The notes below the pieces were generated by a model. It was given only the letters and a program-made list of their open reading frames with translations. It had not been told where the DNA came from and did not search any database. A DNA stretch of 64,000 bases. It comes from Takakia lepidozioides (taxonomy: Eukaryota; Plantae; Bryophyta). The stretch is from contig CM060731.1 of assembly GCA_030704615.1 (NCBI GenBank), positions 20,026,001 to 20,090,000 of the forward strand. Reading direction: 5' to 3'. A program made the position numbers and the translations under genes. This document shows, piece by piece, positions 1 to 56,700 of the stretch; position 1 is the first letter of the stretch, and the number at the start of each line of letters is the position of its first letter.

Positions 1-1165
1 TGGACTCAAGGCCATCGGCATCCAACATGGCCCCTTAGAGGAGGTTGTTGCCTTTGCTGCAGTTGCTCCACCACCCGTCCCTGATCTCAGCCCAGAAGGT
101 AAGACGGCCCTCACCAAAGTCTTATCTGAAATCAAGTTGGGCACAACTCTCTCCTCTGGACAAAGGAGGAAAGTGGAAATGCTTATTGCAAAGAATCTAG
201 ATGTTTTCAGTTTGAGATCCACTGATCTAGGGCGCACTCCTATTCTCCAACATGACATTGTCACTGAAGGGGCTCCTATTAAACAATTTGCTTACCGTGA
301 GAGTGTCAAGGAACGTGCTGTAATCCAAGAAGAGGTACAGAAAATGCTTGATGCTGGCGTGATTAAGCCTTTAGTTTCTCCTTGGGCGAGTTCGATTGTC
401 CTGGTTGGTAAGAAAGATGGCACCACCCGTTTGTGTGTTGACTTCAGGAAGCTGAATGACATCACCAAAAAGGATGCCTACCCACTACCCAGGATTAATG
501 AGACCTTGGATCAATTGCATGGTGCCACAATTTTTTCCTCCCTTGATCTTGCATTTGGCTTTTGGCAAGTTCCTCTTACTGAATCTGCTAAGGAAAAAAC
601 CTCATTTGTGTGTCGCATGGGCAAATACCAATATGAGACCATGCCTTTTGGTTTATGCAATGCCACCTCTACTTTCCAACGCCTCATGGACATTGTCTTG
701 GGCAATCTGCACTGGGAGTGTGCTTTAATTTATGTCGATGATATCAATGTTTACTCAGCCAGTTTTAATGCTCACCTAGCTGATCTGCAGCTTGTTTTCA
801 GCAAATTGCGCACTGCAGGTTTCAAAATAAAGCCCAAGAAGTGTGAGCTATTCGTGCCCGAGCTGCACTTCCTTGGTCATGTTCTGTCCAAAGATGGTTT
901 GCTTCCTAATCCTGCCAAGCTTGAGTCTGTTTGGGGCATTCCTATCCCTAGGGATAAACATTGTCTCAAATCCTTCCTTGGTCTGGCTTCTTATTATAGG
1001 CGCTTCATAAACAACTTTGCCAAGCTTGCTCACCCTCTAACCAAGGTATTGTGCAAAGATGCCAGGTTTGAATGGACCTTCGCCCAGCAGGCTGCTTTTG
1101 ACACCCTTCGCAAGGCCTTGTGTTCAGCTCCCATCTTGATGTTTCCCAATTTTGAGTTACCTTGT
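1..1165 (+). mobile_element. Ty3/gypsy LTR-retrotransposon pol fragment (reverse transcriptase plus connection region), truncated before RNase H
   Basis: ORF 137-1207 has the gypsy RT motifs SPWASSIVLVGKKDGTTRLCVDFRKLN, DAYPLPRI, MPFGLCNA, YVDD, FLGHV and SFLGLASYYRRFI. Homology stops after 'APILMFPNFELP' (~1160), where unrelated sequence begins. Confidence 0.95.
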
Positions 1166-2336
1166 GGCTGGGAATCCATGAGCTTCTGGCATCCAAACAG
1201 TTGTTGACTTGAGCAGCTCTACGCAAATAAATTAATGAGTGCCATGTTTGGCATCGCTGGAGTAGCGCAGCATGTAGCTGATCATCCATGACTGCACTGC
1301 ACATAAGAGGTAGACAATGGTTAGAGAAGGTGGTCTGGAGTTCCTGCATCTATGATCTCCAGCCAGGGATACCTTCACCTCATTTGTTACTATCACGCCG
1401 ATCATAGACAGAAAGGCCCTCGAGGGTGGCTATCCTAGACCCCTCATCAACTAATGTAATACCAGTTAGGGACTAGTTGGGGACTCCACAACTGCTCCCA
1501 TTGTCCCAACATTCAACAACAATTCATCATCACTCACCATGAAATTACCTGCCTGCAGGTTGTCCGATCCCTCATTCACTTCTACTATACTTTCGGCCAA
1601 CGGCTCTCCTGAATTATTCATGGACCTCTGTCTTCCGGATCTCAACCAAGTAGTTCTAGAATCACCTAGCATACAAGAAACGAGGTTGGATTAGAGGCAT
1701 AACCTTTAAGCAACAGGGATGTGGAGCGTGGGCCGAGCACTTGGCGAGCCGTCTTCCGGAACCCAAGTAGAACAATACACCACCCTCAACACCTTGTGTG
1801 ATTGTAACTCGTAGATCCCCAACGCCAGCCACTCCCAACCATCAGCTCCTTTAAGCCAAAATCCAACTCGAACCACTCGCTGTGAAGCAAAGGTAGTGCC
1901 CACACCCAAGACCACTAGATCAGACGACTGTACTATTGAAGGCCCCACCCGTCAGACCATCAATTAACTGTGAATAAGTAGGTGCCAAGGCGCAGGGCCG
2001 GAGCTGAAACCGTAGTGCCCTCAAGATCAAAGCCCCCGTGCCTTGGAACATCAACGACAACCAACTTTGCCCTACCACACCAGGGCCATGATGAAGCTCT
2101 GCACTTCGAACACTAGAAAGCCAGATACAAGCCAACTTCAACCAGTCATTCACGATGGTTCAGAAAACGCGACTTGATCGTCCTGGATGGTAGACGCTCT
2201 TCATTGCGTAGCTCAAATTCGTGCTTAGCAAGCTGTCTGGCCCTGGATATCACTGCACCAGCTTCAAGCAAAGGTCGCGTGAACAGGGCCTCGTGATGAC
2301 TGGTTAGTGCAACAAGATCACCTACAATAGCTCTCT

Positions 2337-2891
2337 CTATACGCGCAAACCAAAGCTGATCTTCGTCACATATTTCAACATATCATCTACTTCCTGCGAC
2401 AATTCAATGTCTATCTCCAATTCTGCTGCTTGCTGCCTACTTTCAAAATATTCAGGGCCTGGATCCACAAAATTGTCAAAGTTATAGTAGTCCGGGTCAC
2501 AGCTATCTAGAGAGCTGTCAGACCTCTCAAACCTTGGCGACCACGCCTCTGCCTCCCCCAAATTATTATATTCACTACCACCAGGAGAACCCAATGAAAC
2601 AACAAGGGCTGGAATGCAAGCAGCAGGCTCAGGAAGAGGTGACGCTGGCAAGACATCACTACGAGGCCGCGCGCCATTGGCAGTGTTAGTAACAGCAAGA
2701 ACGTCAGCAGGGTGGAGAACAACGGGAGGAGCAACAACAACAACACCAACAGAATGAGAAGTGGCAGCAGGGTCAGCCTCTACACTAGGATCAGCTTCGA
2801 TAGCAAGTGCCACGCTAATCTGAAGGAATAGGCTCTCTCCCTCTCTGCGACCTACACAAGACAAGTCACGAACTGTAGCCATCCCCTGCAA
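2337..2891 (-). CDS. Retroelement-borne ORF of unknown function (184 aa, Pro/Ala-rich then acidic), probably degenerate
   Basis: It is the first long ORF downstream of the PBS. No gag or pol motif was recognised. A shifted frame may continue to ~2150. Confidence 0.35.
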   Translation of the reverse strand: MQGMATVRDLSCVGRREGESLFLQISVALAIEADPSVEADPAATSHSVGVVVVAPPVVLHPADVLAVTNTANGARPRSDVLPASPLPEPAACIPALVVSLGSPGGSEYNNLGEAEAWSPRFERSDSSLDSCDPDYYNFDNFVDPGPEYFESRQQAAELEIDIELSQEVDDMLKYVTKISFGLRV

Positions 2892-3072
2892 TCACACCCC
2901 AACGCACATCGTGAGATGGCAAAATCACAGCAGCAGGAGAAAATAGGGCAAAGCGAGGAGCCGCCATCGATAACACGCATTAGCGAACCACTTAGGCAGC
3001 AGGACGTAGAGCAGATCCCGCGAAAAGACCTAACTGATCCTGACAGTGCGGGTAGGATCCACCACGCCTAGA

Positions 3073-3091
3073 GTACCCGACGTCTCCACCA
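3073..3091 (-). promoter_or_regulatory. Primer-binding site complementary to the tRNA-Ala 3' end
   Basis: The minus strand reads TGGTGGAGACGTCGGGTAC. The plus strand ...CGTCTCCACCA matches the 3' end of plant cytosolic tRNA-Ala including CCA. Confidence 0.75.
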
Positions 3092-3443
3092 TAAAACAAG
3101 CCTGAAGTATATCCTCTTTTCCTCTCAAGAAGCGAGGTTGCACAACAAAAGGGGCGAGCGGAAAGAGCAAGCAGCGTGCGAGAGGATAATCAAACACACG
3201 AATCAGACACTAAGCAGCTCTCATCCAAAACTTGTACACCAAAATCACATATACACTAACACCCGAGTACACCGCCCTGACCTTGTGTCAGGGCGCCGTC
3301 TTTATACAAAAGGCCTAACCATAGTGGCCCGCCGCGTAGCGAGGCATCATAGGCCAAAGCCCACGGTGCTGCCTTGTAGCCCTAGATTTGATGAAGGGCC
3401 AGGATCAAGCCACCAACCTAAACTAACCCTAACCTAAACATCA
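3092..3443 (-). repeat. Putative 5' LTR (~350 bp)
   Basis: On - it starts TGATGTTTAGG, contains a TATA-like GTATAAAG (~3300-3307) and ends directly at the PBS. The 3' end reads ...TTTTA rather than the canonical CA. No second copy is in the window. Confidence 0.55.
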
Positions 3444-3779
3444 TTGTAACGGATTAACGGCTTTATACGCCAAAAAAATATACTATGAATGTGTATCGCC
3501 GTTTTGGATGAAACGGGGCTAAGCAAATATGGGGCTTTACAGTAGAAAGGACATATCAAAGAGACCGAGCCAGCAAGTCAACAAAGCTTCTGAATTTTGT
3601 GTGGATGGTGCAGAGGGACAATGCCCTGACAGCAGGCCCACCACATTCAAACCCTCAATATTATCCTGTTTCTGTTATGTATCCAGGATGTGAGTGTAGC
3701 AAGGTTGAAGGAGTGGTGTATGGGTAACTTGTAAGATGATGTGCTCCTATCGTGGAGGTTGTGGGTTTCACTCCCTAAA

Positions 3780-4160
3780 GTATCGCGGTGGTTGGTTCAT
3801 CATAATTATTCCCATGGAGGAGCAAATTACCTGCATCCAGATTAATTTGGTCCCTTGCTTGCTCATATCTTCTATGATCTGGGGATAGAATCAAGAAAAG
3901 CTTGGTCCAAAACATGTGCAGATATTGAGCGGAATTCTAGCAATGTGGCAGCAATTCATGCTACCTTCCTGACCACCTGGGGCCAACATGGACTTATATG
4001 CAACTCCCCAGAGATTGACAACTGCGTTTGGAACGACCTTCCACCTGCCTGCTGTCGTGACCATTGCTCGACCTTGCACAGTGTCCCTTGAGTTCGATCG
4101 AGATATCAACTGGAAGCACATCAGGCCTTCATCATCGGCTTCGAGGCTTCAGTACAGATA
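3780..4160 (+). mobile_element. Degenerate LINE-like remnant
   Basis: 4100-4155 (GATATCAACTGGAAGCACATCAGGC...) matches the reverse complement of ~51350-51405, which lies in a tailed retroposon 3' end. The boundaries are guessed. Confidence 0.35.
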
Positions 4161-4448
4161 GGGTGATCTCAATTTGGAGAGGCCGAGTCTGTTGGTTCTA
4201 AACAGTCAAACAACAAACAACAGCAAGCAACACGAGAAAAAAAACAAAAAACAAAGGGGGTTTGAGGAGATCGGCGAGTGCCATGGCATGTCCTAAATCC
4301 AGATAGTCTGGATAAAACCGGATCTGGATGGGCATATGCGCGCCACGTAGGTCTGGGTCTGTTGTGCCGGTCTGGGGTGGTCTGCCGGACGACATGCGCA
4401 GACCGAGCTTGGGCAGACCCCAGCAAGGGCAGACCCACTGGGGACCTG

Positions 4449-4609
4449 ATGGCGGGCGGACCCAGCGGCGAGGGCGGGCGGGCGGGGGCTGCGGTCCGGG
4501 GGCGGGCTGGGCGGCTGCGGGGCTGCCGACCGCGGTGTGCGGGGCGGGGGAGGGCGACCCCGCGTCCGTGCGCCCTGTCCCACACGCGTGACATAAACTC
4601 CCAATTATT
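4449..4609 (-). mobile_element. GC-rich Mutator-like (MULE) terminal sequence, copy 1
   Basis: Near-identical to 52011-52190. The terminus on - reads GGGAGTTTATGTC next to AT-rich AATTATT. The second copy is fused to MULE/SWIM-type coding sequence. GC-rich element sequence probably extends left to ~4190. Confidence 0.7.
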
Positions 4610-4944
4610 CTTCTCCCCCTTCCCTTGTGGTGTCCCATGCAAATGCCTTCACGCCAAGGTTAATGTGAAAGAGGTTATTTTCTCCTCTCACTATGATTAA
4701 GGGGCCTGATTCTTGAGCTGTTGTTCCCAGGTGTTTCCCTTAAAAATAAAATAAAAAATTCCCACTTGCCATACAGGCTATAATAAAAATGTGTACAATA
4801 AACATGCTTTTAAGTGAATCTCTTCTTCAAAGTATCCAACTTCTTGTAATTCATCTTCGTTTGCATCTAACTTAGAGCTCAGATTCAAGATTGAAAACGT
4901 GTCAAAAAAAGATTTCTACTCATACATAGGTTTTTCCTGACAAA

Positions 4945-5112
4945 ATGGATCTGGTACTGGTATCAGGTACCAGATCTTCAACCACCTACCGCTGGTAGGG
5001 TATTGCCCACAGTATTATACAACGCCAATACGCCAGGTGATCGGGTACTTCATACCAATATATATACCAGTATTGATACCAGTTTCTTATCACTACCAGT
5101 CCAACGGCACTG
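4945..5112. repeat. TACCA/TGGTA-rich MITE-like remnant
   Basis: It has dense TACCAG/CTGGTA motifs and ends TACCAGTCCAACGGCACTG. The same 12-mer TACCAGTCCAAC occurs at 52389-52400 in a similarly composed tract. Confidence 0.45.
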
Positions 5113-5184
5113 GTCCCGTGGCCAAAAAAAGGAGGGAAAAATGAAAACAAACCTAATATAAAACTCGTGCAGAGTGCCCTTTGC

Positions 5185-5205
5185 AGGGTTTAGGGTTTAG
5201 GGTTT
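5185..5205. promoter_or_regulatory. Triple telo-box / interstitial telomeric repeat (AGGGTTT)3 in the ATM promoter or 5' UTR
   Basis: Three perfect plant telomere units lie ~220 bp upstream of the ATM ATG. AAACCTAA also occurs at ~5149. Confidence 0.75.
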
Positions 5206-5423
5206 TGCAGCGGATGCGAGTCCGGATGGATGAATTGCTCATGAAAGTCTGGGGACCACGAACATTCATTCGTTGGATGTGCATGCGCGTGCATCCTCAA
5301 CGGCTCATCCCACCAGGGTTTCGTCACGGAATTCTTTGCTCCGGAACCTTGAAAAGTTTGCTTTGCTGCGCGAGCAGACGTCTGGTCTCAACAAGGAGTG
5401 TGGCATGATTTGCCTTGCATGCA

Positions 5424-50458
<45,035 letters not shown>

Positions 50459-50983
50459 CTTCAAACTTTAGTGGAGGAAGATGTTCAAGGAAATTACAAA
50501 GTGGAAGTCACAATCAGGAGGAATGGTTGAGCTTAACGCCTTCTGAAAGTACCTGATATGGGTAAGTGATTGGAAGCATCTACACAAGCCACTGAGCTCG
50601 GGATCACTTTTCTGTGTGACCAGATTTCCACACTGGTTGAGTTGCACGACAATTTTGACATGTAGATGATGACACATATCATGAATACTATTTACTTAAT
50701 GTTATGTCGGTAGGATAGAGTTAGTTAGTTCATCAACAGTAGGAATCCGCATCCCAACCTGTGCAAAAATGAAAATAACAAAAGATGAATAGACGTCACG
50801 AAATCTCAATTAGTGTGCCAGCCACTGCATGCAGGCTCCACATGGAATGTGAATAACCAGTCATGAAAAGAAATAGTAAACAGACAACTTTGAAAGTAAT
50901 ATAAAGCCTGAAACATTATTTCAGAGTCCAAACAATCTCGAAATTCGTGGAGGTAGGTAGTAATCGTTCTCAGTCCTTGACCA

Positions 50984-51560
50984 ATTTTATTTTTATTTTT
51001 ATTTTTATTTTTATTTTTAGGTTAACAGGGTTGGAGACCTGGTTAACTTTATTCTGAAATATTTTTGGTGGGCGAGGCCCTTACATAGATGATTATTGGG
51101 AGGGAAAAATTTAAACCCTCTCATAACGCCACAAACACACCGTAGTCAGTGAATTGGAGCCAAACCACTCATGATGAGTAATAACGAACTGTCCGGCCTG
51201 AGGCCTTTGTGCGTAATGGTATGAAGTGGTGTGGTACGAAGTGGTGGCGATCTCGAGAATGTATGTTCCTCAAACCATAGATACTAGAATCAAAAACTAG
51301 CTACGGTTTAGGCCTGCTTCAGCGGATTGGTTGCTCGAAGGACTTAGCGGAAGCTGAGCCTGGAGGCCTTTGATGACTGCCTAACGTGCTTCCAGTTGAT
51401 ATCCCTGTCAAACTTTTTTTTTCTGAAAGGGGAAGTAGCCCTCGAGAACTTTATTATAAGTTATTGTGGGGAAAAAAATTAAAACCCCGGATGAGCCAAA
51501 AGGCATACACACTGCAAGCAGTGAAGAACGAACCTTTCCTCTCAGTATGAGAGAGTGATC
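50984..51560 (-). mobile_element. Two tandem tailed retroposon (L1-like) 3' ends downstream of ATM
   Basis: T-rich tails lie at 50984-51018 and 51414-51422. Each is followed by AACTTTATT (AATAAAGTT on -) and a shared TTATTG..GGGAAAAA.TT.AAACCC motif. Confidence 0.55.
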
Positions 51561-52183
51561 AATAAAGAAGATCTGTCTGCCCTAGGGCTGCAACTTTTTA
51601 GTTGGATCTGCTATGTCCGCAGGACCGCCTGACTAAGAGAACCCAACAATAGTGTTTGTATCTGTCTATGGAAACTCAGGATGCATTTCGTGAGAACTAG
51701 ACTAGAGAGGCCATGAATGTACATGTCCGGCAAGCACAAGCACATGGCATGAACAAAGAGGCAGTGCGGGAATATAGTGCAGACATGACAGAGGTTAGAT
51801 ATGTGTTAGCTCTTGGAGCTCTTCGCGGTCCGGGCTTCGCGTTAACATGCACATTTATGTAAAATTGGGTGGAACACCCATCTCCACTCTCCTCTCCAAG
51901 TACAAAGTCGGGCACTCTCTCCCAGGGAATACAGGCCGTGCGGACCCGCACTTGAGAGCCCATGTATCCAGAGCGACTCTCGTTCTTCCAGTAAAGGTCT
52001 TTGCAGGAAAATGGCGGGCGGACCCAGCGGCGAGGGTGGGCGGGCGGGGACCGCGGTCCGGGGGCGGGCTAGGCGGCTGCAGGGGTGCCGACCGCGGTGC
52101 GCGGCTGGCAGGTGGGGGTGGGCGGGGGGGGAGGTCGACCCCGCGTCCGTGCGCCCTGTCCCACACGCGCGACATAAACTCCC
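51560..52183 (-). mobile_element. Internally deleted Mutator-like element: GC-rich terminus plus N-terminal SWIM/MULE transposase-like exon(s)
   Basis: The terminus 52011-52183 equals 4449-4602. Directly after it the minus frame reads FSCKDLYWKNESRSGYMGSQVRVRTACIPWERVPDFVLGEESGDGCSTQFYI. From memory, this resembles the FSxxDLxW...ALIPYxRVDxFxxGE..CPTxF N-terminus of plant SWIM-zinc-finger/MULE-domain proteins. Confidence 0.7.
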
Positions 52184-52233
52184 AATTATTAAAAAAATGA
52201 GAGGCAAGAAGACAAAAACTCTTGCTGTTGATA

Positions 52234-52402
52234 GTTGATACCCATAAAACACCACACCAATAATGTATCATTTCTACCACTATGGTGTCCAAATACCAGA
52301 TTTTTGCCAATACCATTGTTTCCCTGGTATCGTAATCGGACGAAGGCCTCTATACCAGCTCAAATCATGACACCAATTCAAAATACAATACCAGTCCAAC
52401 AC
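52234..52402. repeat. TACCA-rich MITE-like remnant related to 4945-5112
   Basis: It shares the end motif TACCAGTCCAAC and has repeated ATACCA motifs. Confidence 0.4.
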
Positions 52403-52619
52403 GGGACTCAGGTATTATAGATGACTTTGTGGATGAACGTTTGTAGGTCCCACAATCCTTGGATGAACGTGGTTACTTAAGATCAGAGGATTTGCTCAAA
52501 CAACTTTACATTTCCCACCCCACGTCGCTATCAAAATCTTCCAAGTTTACTAATGTATAGAGTAAGGCCCCGAGTGGAGTGCTCTCCTTGAATTTTATGA
52601 CCTAGGGCCTCATACTTGA

Positions 52620-52819
52620 TGAAAACCGCTGATTAGTTGAGGTTCTTACAATTAACCAAAACCCGCAATCCTTCCCATAGAAAATATATGGAAACCTGGA
52701 ACCAGAAGTACAACCTGGAACCAGAGGTACAACCTGGAACCAGAGGTTCTTCGATTCTAACCTTTTGTAAAAACCGGAATTGGAGGTTATGAAAGAAATC
52801 AAATAACCGCCCAACACTG
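52620..52819. mobile_element. hAT-type MITE end with a 19-bp subterminal tandem repeat x3
   Basis: It ends TAACCGCCCAACACTG, the same TIR as at 7302, and its reverse complement aligns with 6937-7020. AACCTGGAACCAGA(A/G)GT(A/T)C is repeated three times at 52693-52749. Confidence 0.75.
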
Positions 52820-53719
52820 GTCACCTTGGGCTGATACCAGAAGCAACAGACCAACACAGTTTGTTGTGATGTTGTCCACATGCTGCTCCTCCTTGGTATC
52901 TTCAAAGCAGTGGTGTTATTCAACACTCGGCCAAAAAAATATCATCCTTGGGCAACTCCTACCTCTCCGAGCAGCCTGAAGTTCTTACTAGTTTCTTTCA
53001 TGGAGTGCCCATGTCGGGGAAAGTCACGAAAAATTTGACACAAAGTTGAAACTGAGGCAAGCTGCTTTGACATACCCCTCCGGTCACTGACATGAGTGTA
53101 GGAATCCCAAGCAAATTACTTAAAAGAGAGAACTTCAAGGAAAACACCCTATGATGATTTCTCTCACCAACATGCACCTCAGACAATATAGCCCACAGGG
53201 TTAGAATAAGTCAGAGGAGTGAGGAAACAATCCCTTCTGGAACATCCATCCAAGAAGTATTTTGCATGATAAAATGTGAAAGTTGCCTAAACAAAATGAC
53301 TCCTTCATGAACAAACACAGCCATACATTTCTGACAATACATTAGCCATGATAGGAGAAACAATTGGATGCCTTGTAGCCAAAATGCTTCCCTTTTCCCA
53401 CTTTTACAGCTGAGATCAGCCTCTCTGTGCAAGTTGCGGGACCACCAAGGTGGCAATTGACCTGTACCGACTCGGTTCTCACTTGAAACGAATCTTCCCA
53501 CCAACATGTTGAAGCACTTCTGGACTAAAGAACCTCCATGTAGCTCTGCAAGAAGGTACAGGTCTCCCATAGAAGCCACTTCTCCCCTACATGTATTTCC
53601 GAATATTCCAACTCCCTGCTCTAAAACAATTCCTCAGTCGGCCAGGAAGAAATCCAATGAACCGATCATCTGTATCATTCAATGACCGGAAGCCAATAAC
53701 CAACAAAAGTGCCTCTATC

Positions 53720-56700
53720 TCACTCAATGAGATGCTTGTATTTGCACCACCCTATTACCAAAAAATACAAAAGCACACAGCCACATGCACACCCACCCAC
53801 AACCCAAAAGAATTGTGCAGCCCCCCCACTATCGAACAGGGGTATGTGGATGTTCATACCAAACACTCCTGTCACCACAATGAAGACACTAATCACAAGG
53901 GTGGCCGTAGTAAGCATGACACCCATCTGCAACAAATGGTTTTGCTTATCATCCAGCATTATGTTGATATAATCTTCTGTGTCGTCCACATATTCTCTTA
54001 GCTGCATCCAACCATGGGTAATACATGTAAGCTCCAACAATGAATCCATCATTAGAACCAAGATGAACAGAAGTGCAAAATTGATGAACACAAACACCTC
54101 AGCAACCATAGTCAAGAGATGAAGAAACTGAAAGCCTTGAGCTGATGTTCTTGATTATCCTACCATTTTCACATAAGAAAGAAACACCTGTAGGATTCAT
54201 TACTTCTCTAACTCTGCAGCAACTTGAAATAGCCTATGGAAGATCAGCCGATGCATTTTATAAGCCTGCAGCAGAAGAAAGACACTAGTTACACAGGTCT
54301 TCTGCTTTCTCATCCCTCCGCTTACCCTGTCTGGGCCCTGATCCCTCTTCTCTGCCATCCTCTCCCTAAGACAAAAGATTGTCTTTCTACAGTCAGGACA
54401 TAGCACAAAGCAGGTACCGTGGACAGCTTGTTAAGAGTGCCATCGATCTGCACAAAATAAGCCTCCAACAACATCTCCAGCTCTTCCACATCCAGGTGCT
54501 TTCCAGTCACTGCACTGGTAGAACTGCTGCTGGGGCTCTCAACACCCCCATTACATGCCTGACCAATTTGTCCTAAGGTGTTGTCTGGAATACGTAGCTT
54601 CACGCCGGTTTCCCTGATCACACAGAGGTGATGTACCAATTCATTGACTGGCTAGTTCCAATTTTTTTTCTTCAATAGAGATGGAACAGAAGTACCAAGT
54701 AAAGGGCATGCTGACAGCCTTACCCCCCATGCAACCACTGCAGAATTATCACCTCTGTTGCTGAACCAAGACCAGGGTTCCGAATGAGGACTCTTAACTC
54801 TACGACCCAAATTCATCAAAATCACTGAAGCATGCACCCTGACAATCACAGGCCCATTGACATGCCAAAGATTTATCTGACCACAGATAACCTGCCTCCT
54901 TACCTCCCTTGGCAACGGGGTCAGTTAGGCACCTTATAAACCTATGTTGCCATAACAGAGCAACCACTGCAGGCTCCATGATGTGGCTTGCTTCTTGAAC
55001 TAATTCTAGGCCAAGACAAGATTTTCCTTACCTTACTTTACAAATAGACTGCTCCTACAAAAAGTGTCGACCTATAAGCATCCATCAGATGGACCAGTGG
55101 TTAGAGCACAATGTCGCCTTATAAGCGGTCGCGGCTTCAAGCCACATAGATGTATGTTAGATGTCACCCATTATAGCCAACCCAGCTATAAAAGGGGGGT
55201 CACTAGGTCAATTGGTCACCTAATGTGTTGATACTTGGGGACTTTTGAGTCCTTGCGGGAGTTTTAAGCAACACCGTTGCCCCAAATATGACCAGTTTAG
55301 AAGGTGGAAGGAGCACTAGCCCTTTGCGGTGAAGTGAAACCATAATTTTGACAGGAGTTGACCATTTTTTTTCTTTTTTTCTGCCAACCTATAAGTTATC
55401 CAAGGCCAGAAACCTTCGTCAACCTTTGTACTTACCCACCATCTACAATGCAGACGGAGAGGGCAACAATCAGTGTCCATGACCAAAAAGAAAGATACTC
55501 TATTTGATGAGCTACAAGCTTTCCATACGGGCAACTCTAGCTTGAGGCAGTCGGTCAATCTGCTCAGGGAACCTGTGCCATCTCACTTGTCACATGACAT
55601 TCTGTAGCAAAGTGACCACAGTTGTCATTTCACGATGGCATTCATGCTAAAGATGCCATGGCAAAGAACCCAATCAAAATGATGAAGACCTTGAAAGAAA
55701 CCATTCAGAATCAACCCCTCCACCCACAGATTTGATATAATCCTGACCTCTCATCTTCACCCTCTGAATCTGGGAACTCAGGTTGGTGGGGGAGCAACCC
55801 TCCCTCTAGATTGACAGGTGCTATTTGTGTGGAGTCTCGCATGGGCGCATCAGTGTGACTGGGAGAGATGGGTCCAACAAAAGTGTCTGAGGAGGTCGGA
55901 GACAGAGGTCCCTCCAGCTGTTGCCGCAAAAGCTTATCCGTCAAATACATCTCTGCCATGTCACCATCGTCATCAAGGAGCTGCTCAATTTCATCCCTTA
56001 CCTTCAGCCAACAGACATAAGCTTCCTTGTCAGATGTGTAGAACAAGCATACACAAGCTGTACACCAGACAGGAACATAGCACCCTTCTGTCTCAGCTCT
56101 GGATCTGAAATAAAAAAATACTAGGGTTTACCCCAGTTCTTGTGAATAATTGTGTCCCCCTCTTTTGATGACACTAAATGGATCGTCTCCCAAGATTCTC
56201 CGAATTCTCTACTTGTAAACTTAGGAAAACGGGCAAGCATAGCTGCCAGGCTACAGACATGGGAGCCCTTACGAACCCACAGGCAACACAAGGTTCCTCC
56301 AGAAACCTCCACCAGAGAGCTGACAGACCTACAAAATATCCTGTGTATTATAAATAACTTACATCATGAACATGTTTGAAGTTCTTACAACTCCTGCATC
56401 ATGGAAATGACAACCTTTTGCACTCGGCCTGAGATGGCCACCAAGCGGCTCTTGATTTGACGAACTCGTTCCAGGTTGAGAGTGCTGATTTTGGATGTCA
56501 ACTCATCCAATGCTGGGTATGCTTGCTTCTCCAATGCTGCAGTCTGCAATCCAAGACTTGCTCATCTTAGTGAACCACATAAATATCAATAACTACGCAC
56601 TTCAATATTCACCATTTACAAATGTTAAATTTACATAGCTTGCTTTTTTAGGGTTGTACACTACAGCCAATCCTCACAAAAACTCCGTACAGCAAGATAG

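Larger units (their letters stand above)
1400..3443 (-). mobile_element. 5' part of an LTR retrotransposon on the minus strand (LTR, PBS, leader and degenerate ORFs)
   Basis: A putative LTR (3092-~3443) is followed on - by a tRNA primer-binding site and then ORFs 2337-2891 and 1466-1672. The left boundary is uncertain. Confidence 0.65.

Noticed and set aside
4169-4700. Five overlapping 87-157 aa ORFs on both strands
   Set aside because: They are by-products of a stop-poor GC-rich repeat, and the same pseudo-peptides recur at 51842-52316.
52693-52749. 19-bp direct repeats as a CRISPR-like array
   Set aside because: The repeats have no spacers, the context is eukaryotic, and they lie in a MITE subterminal region.
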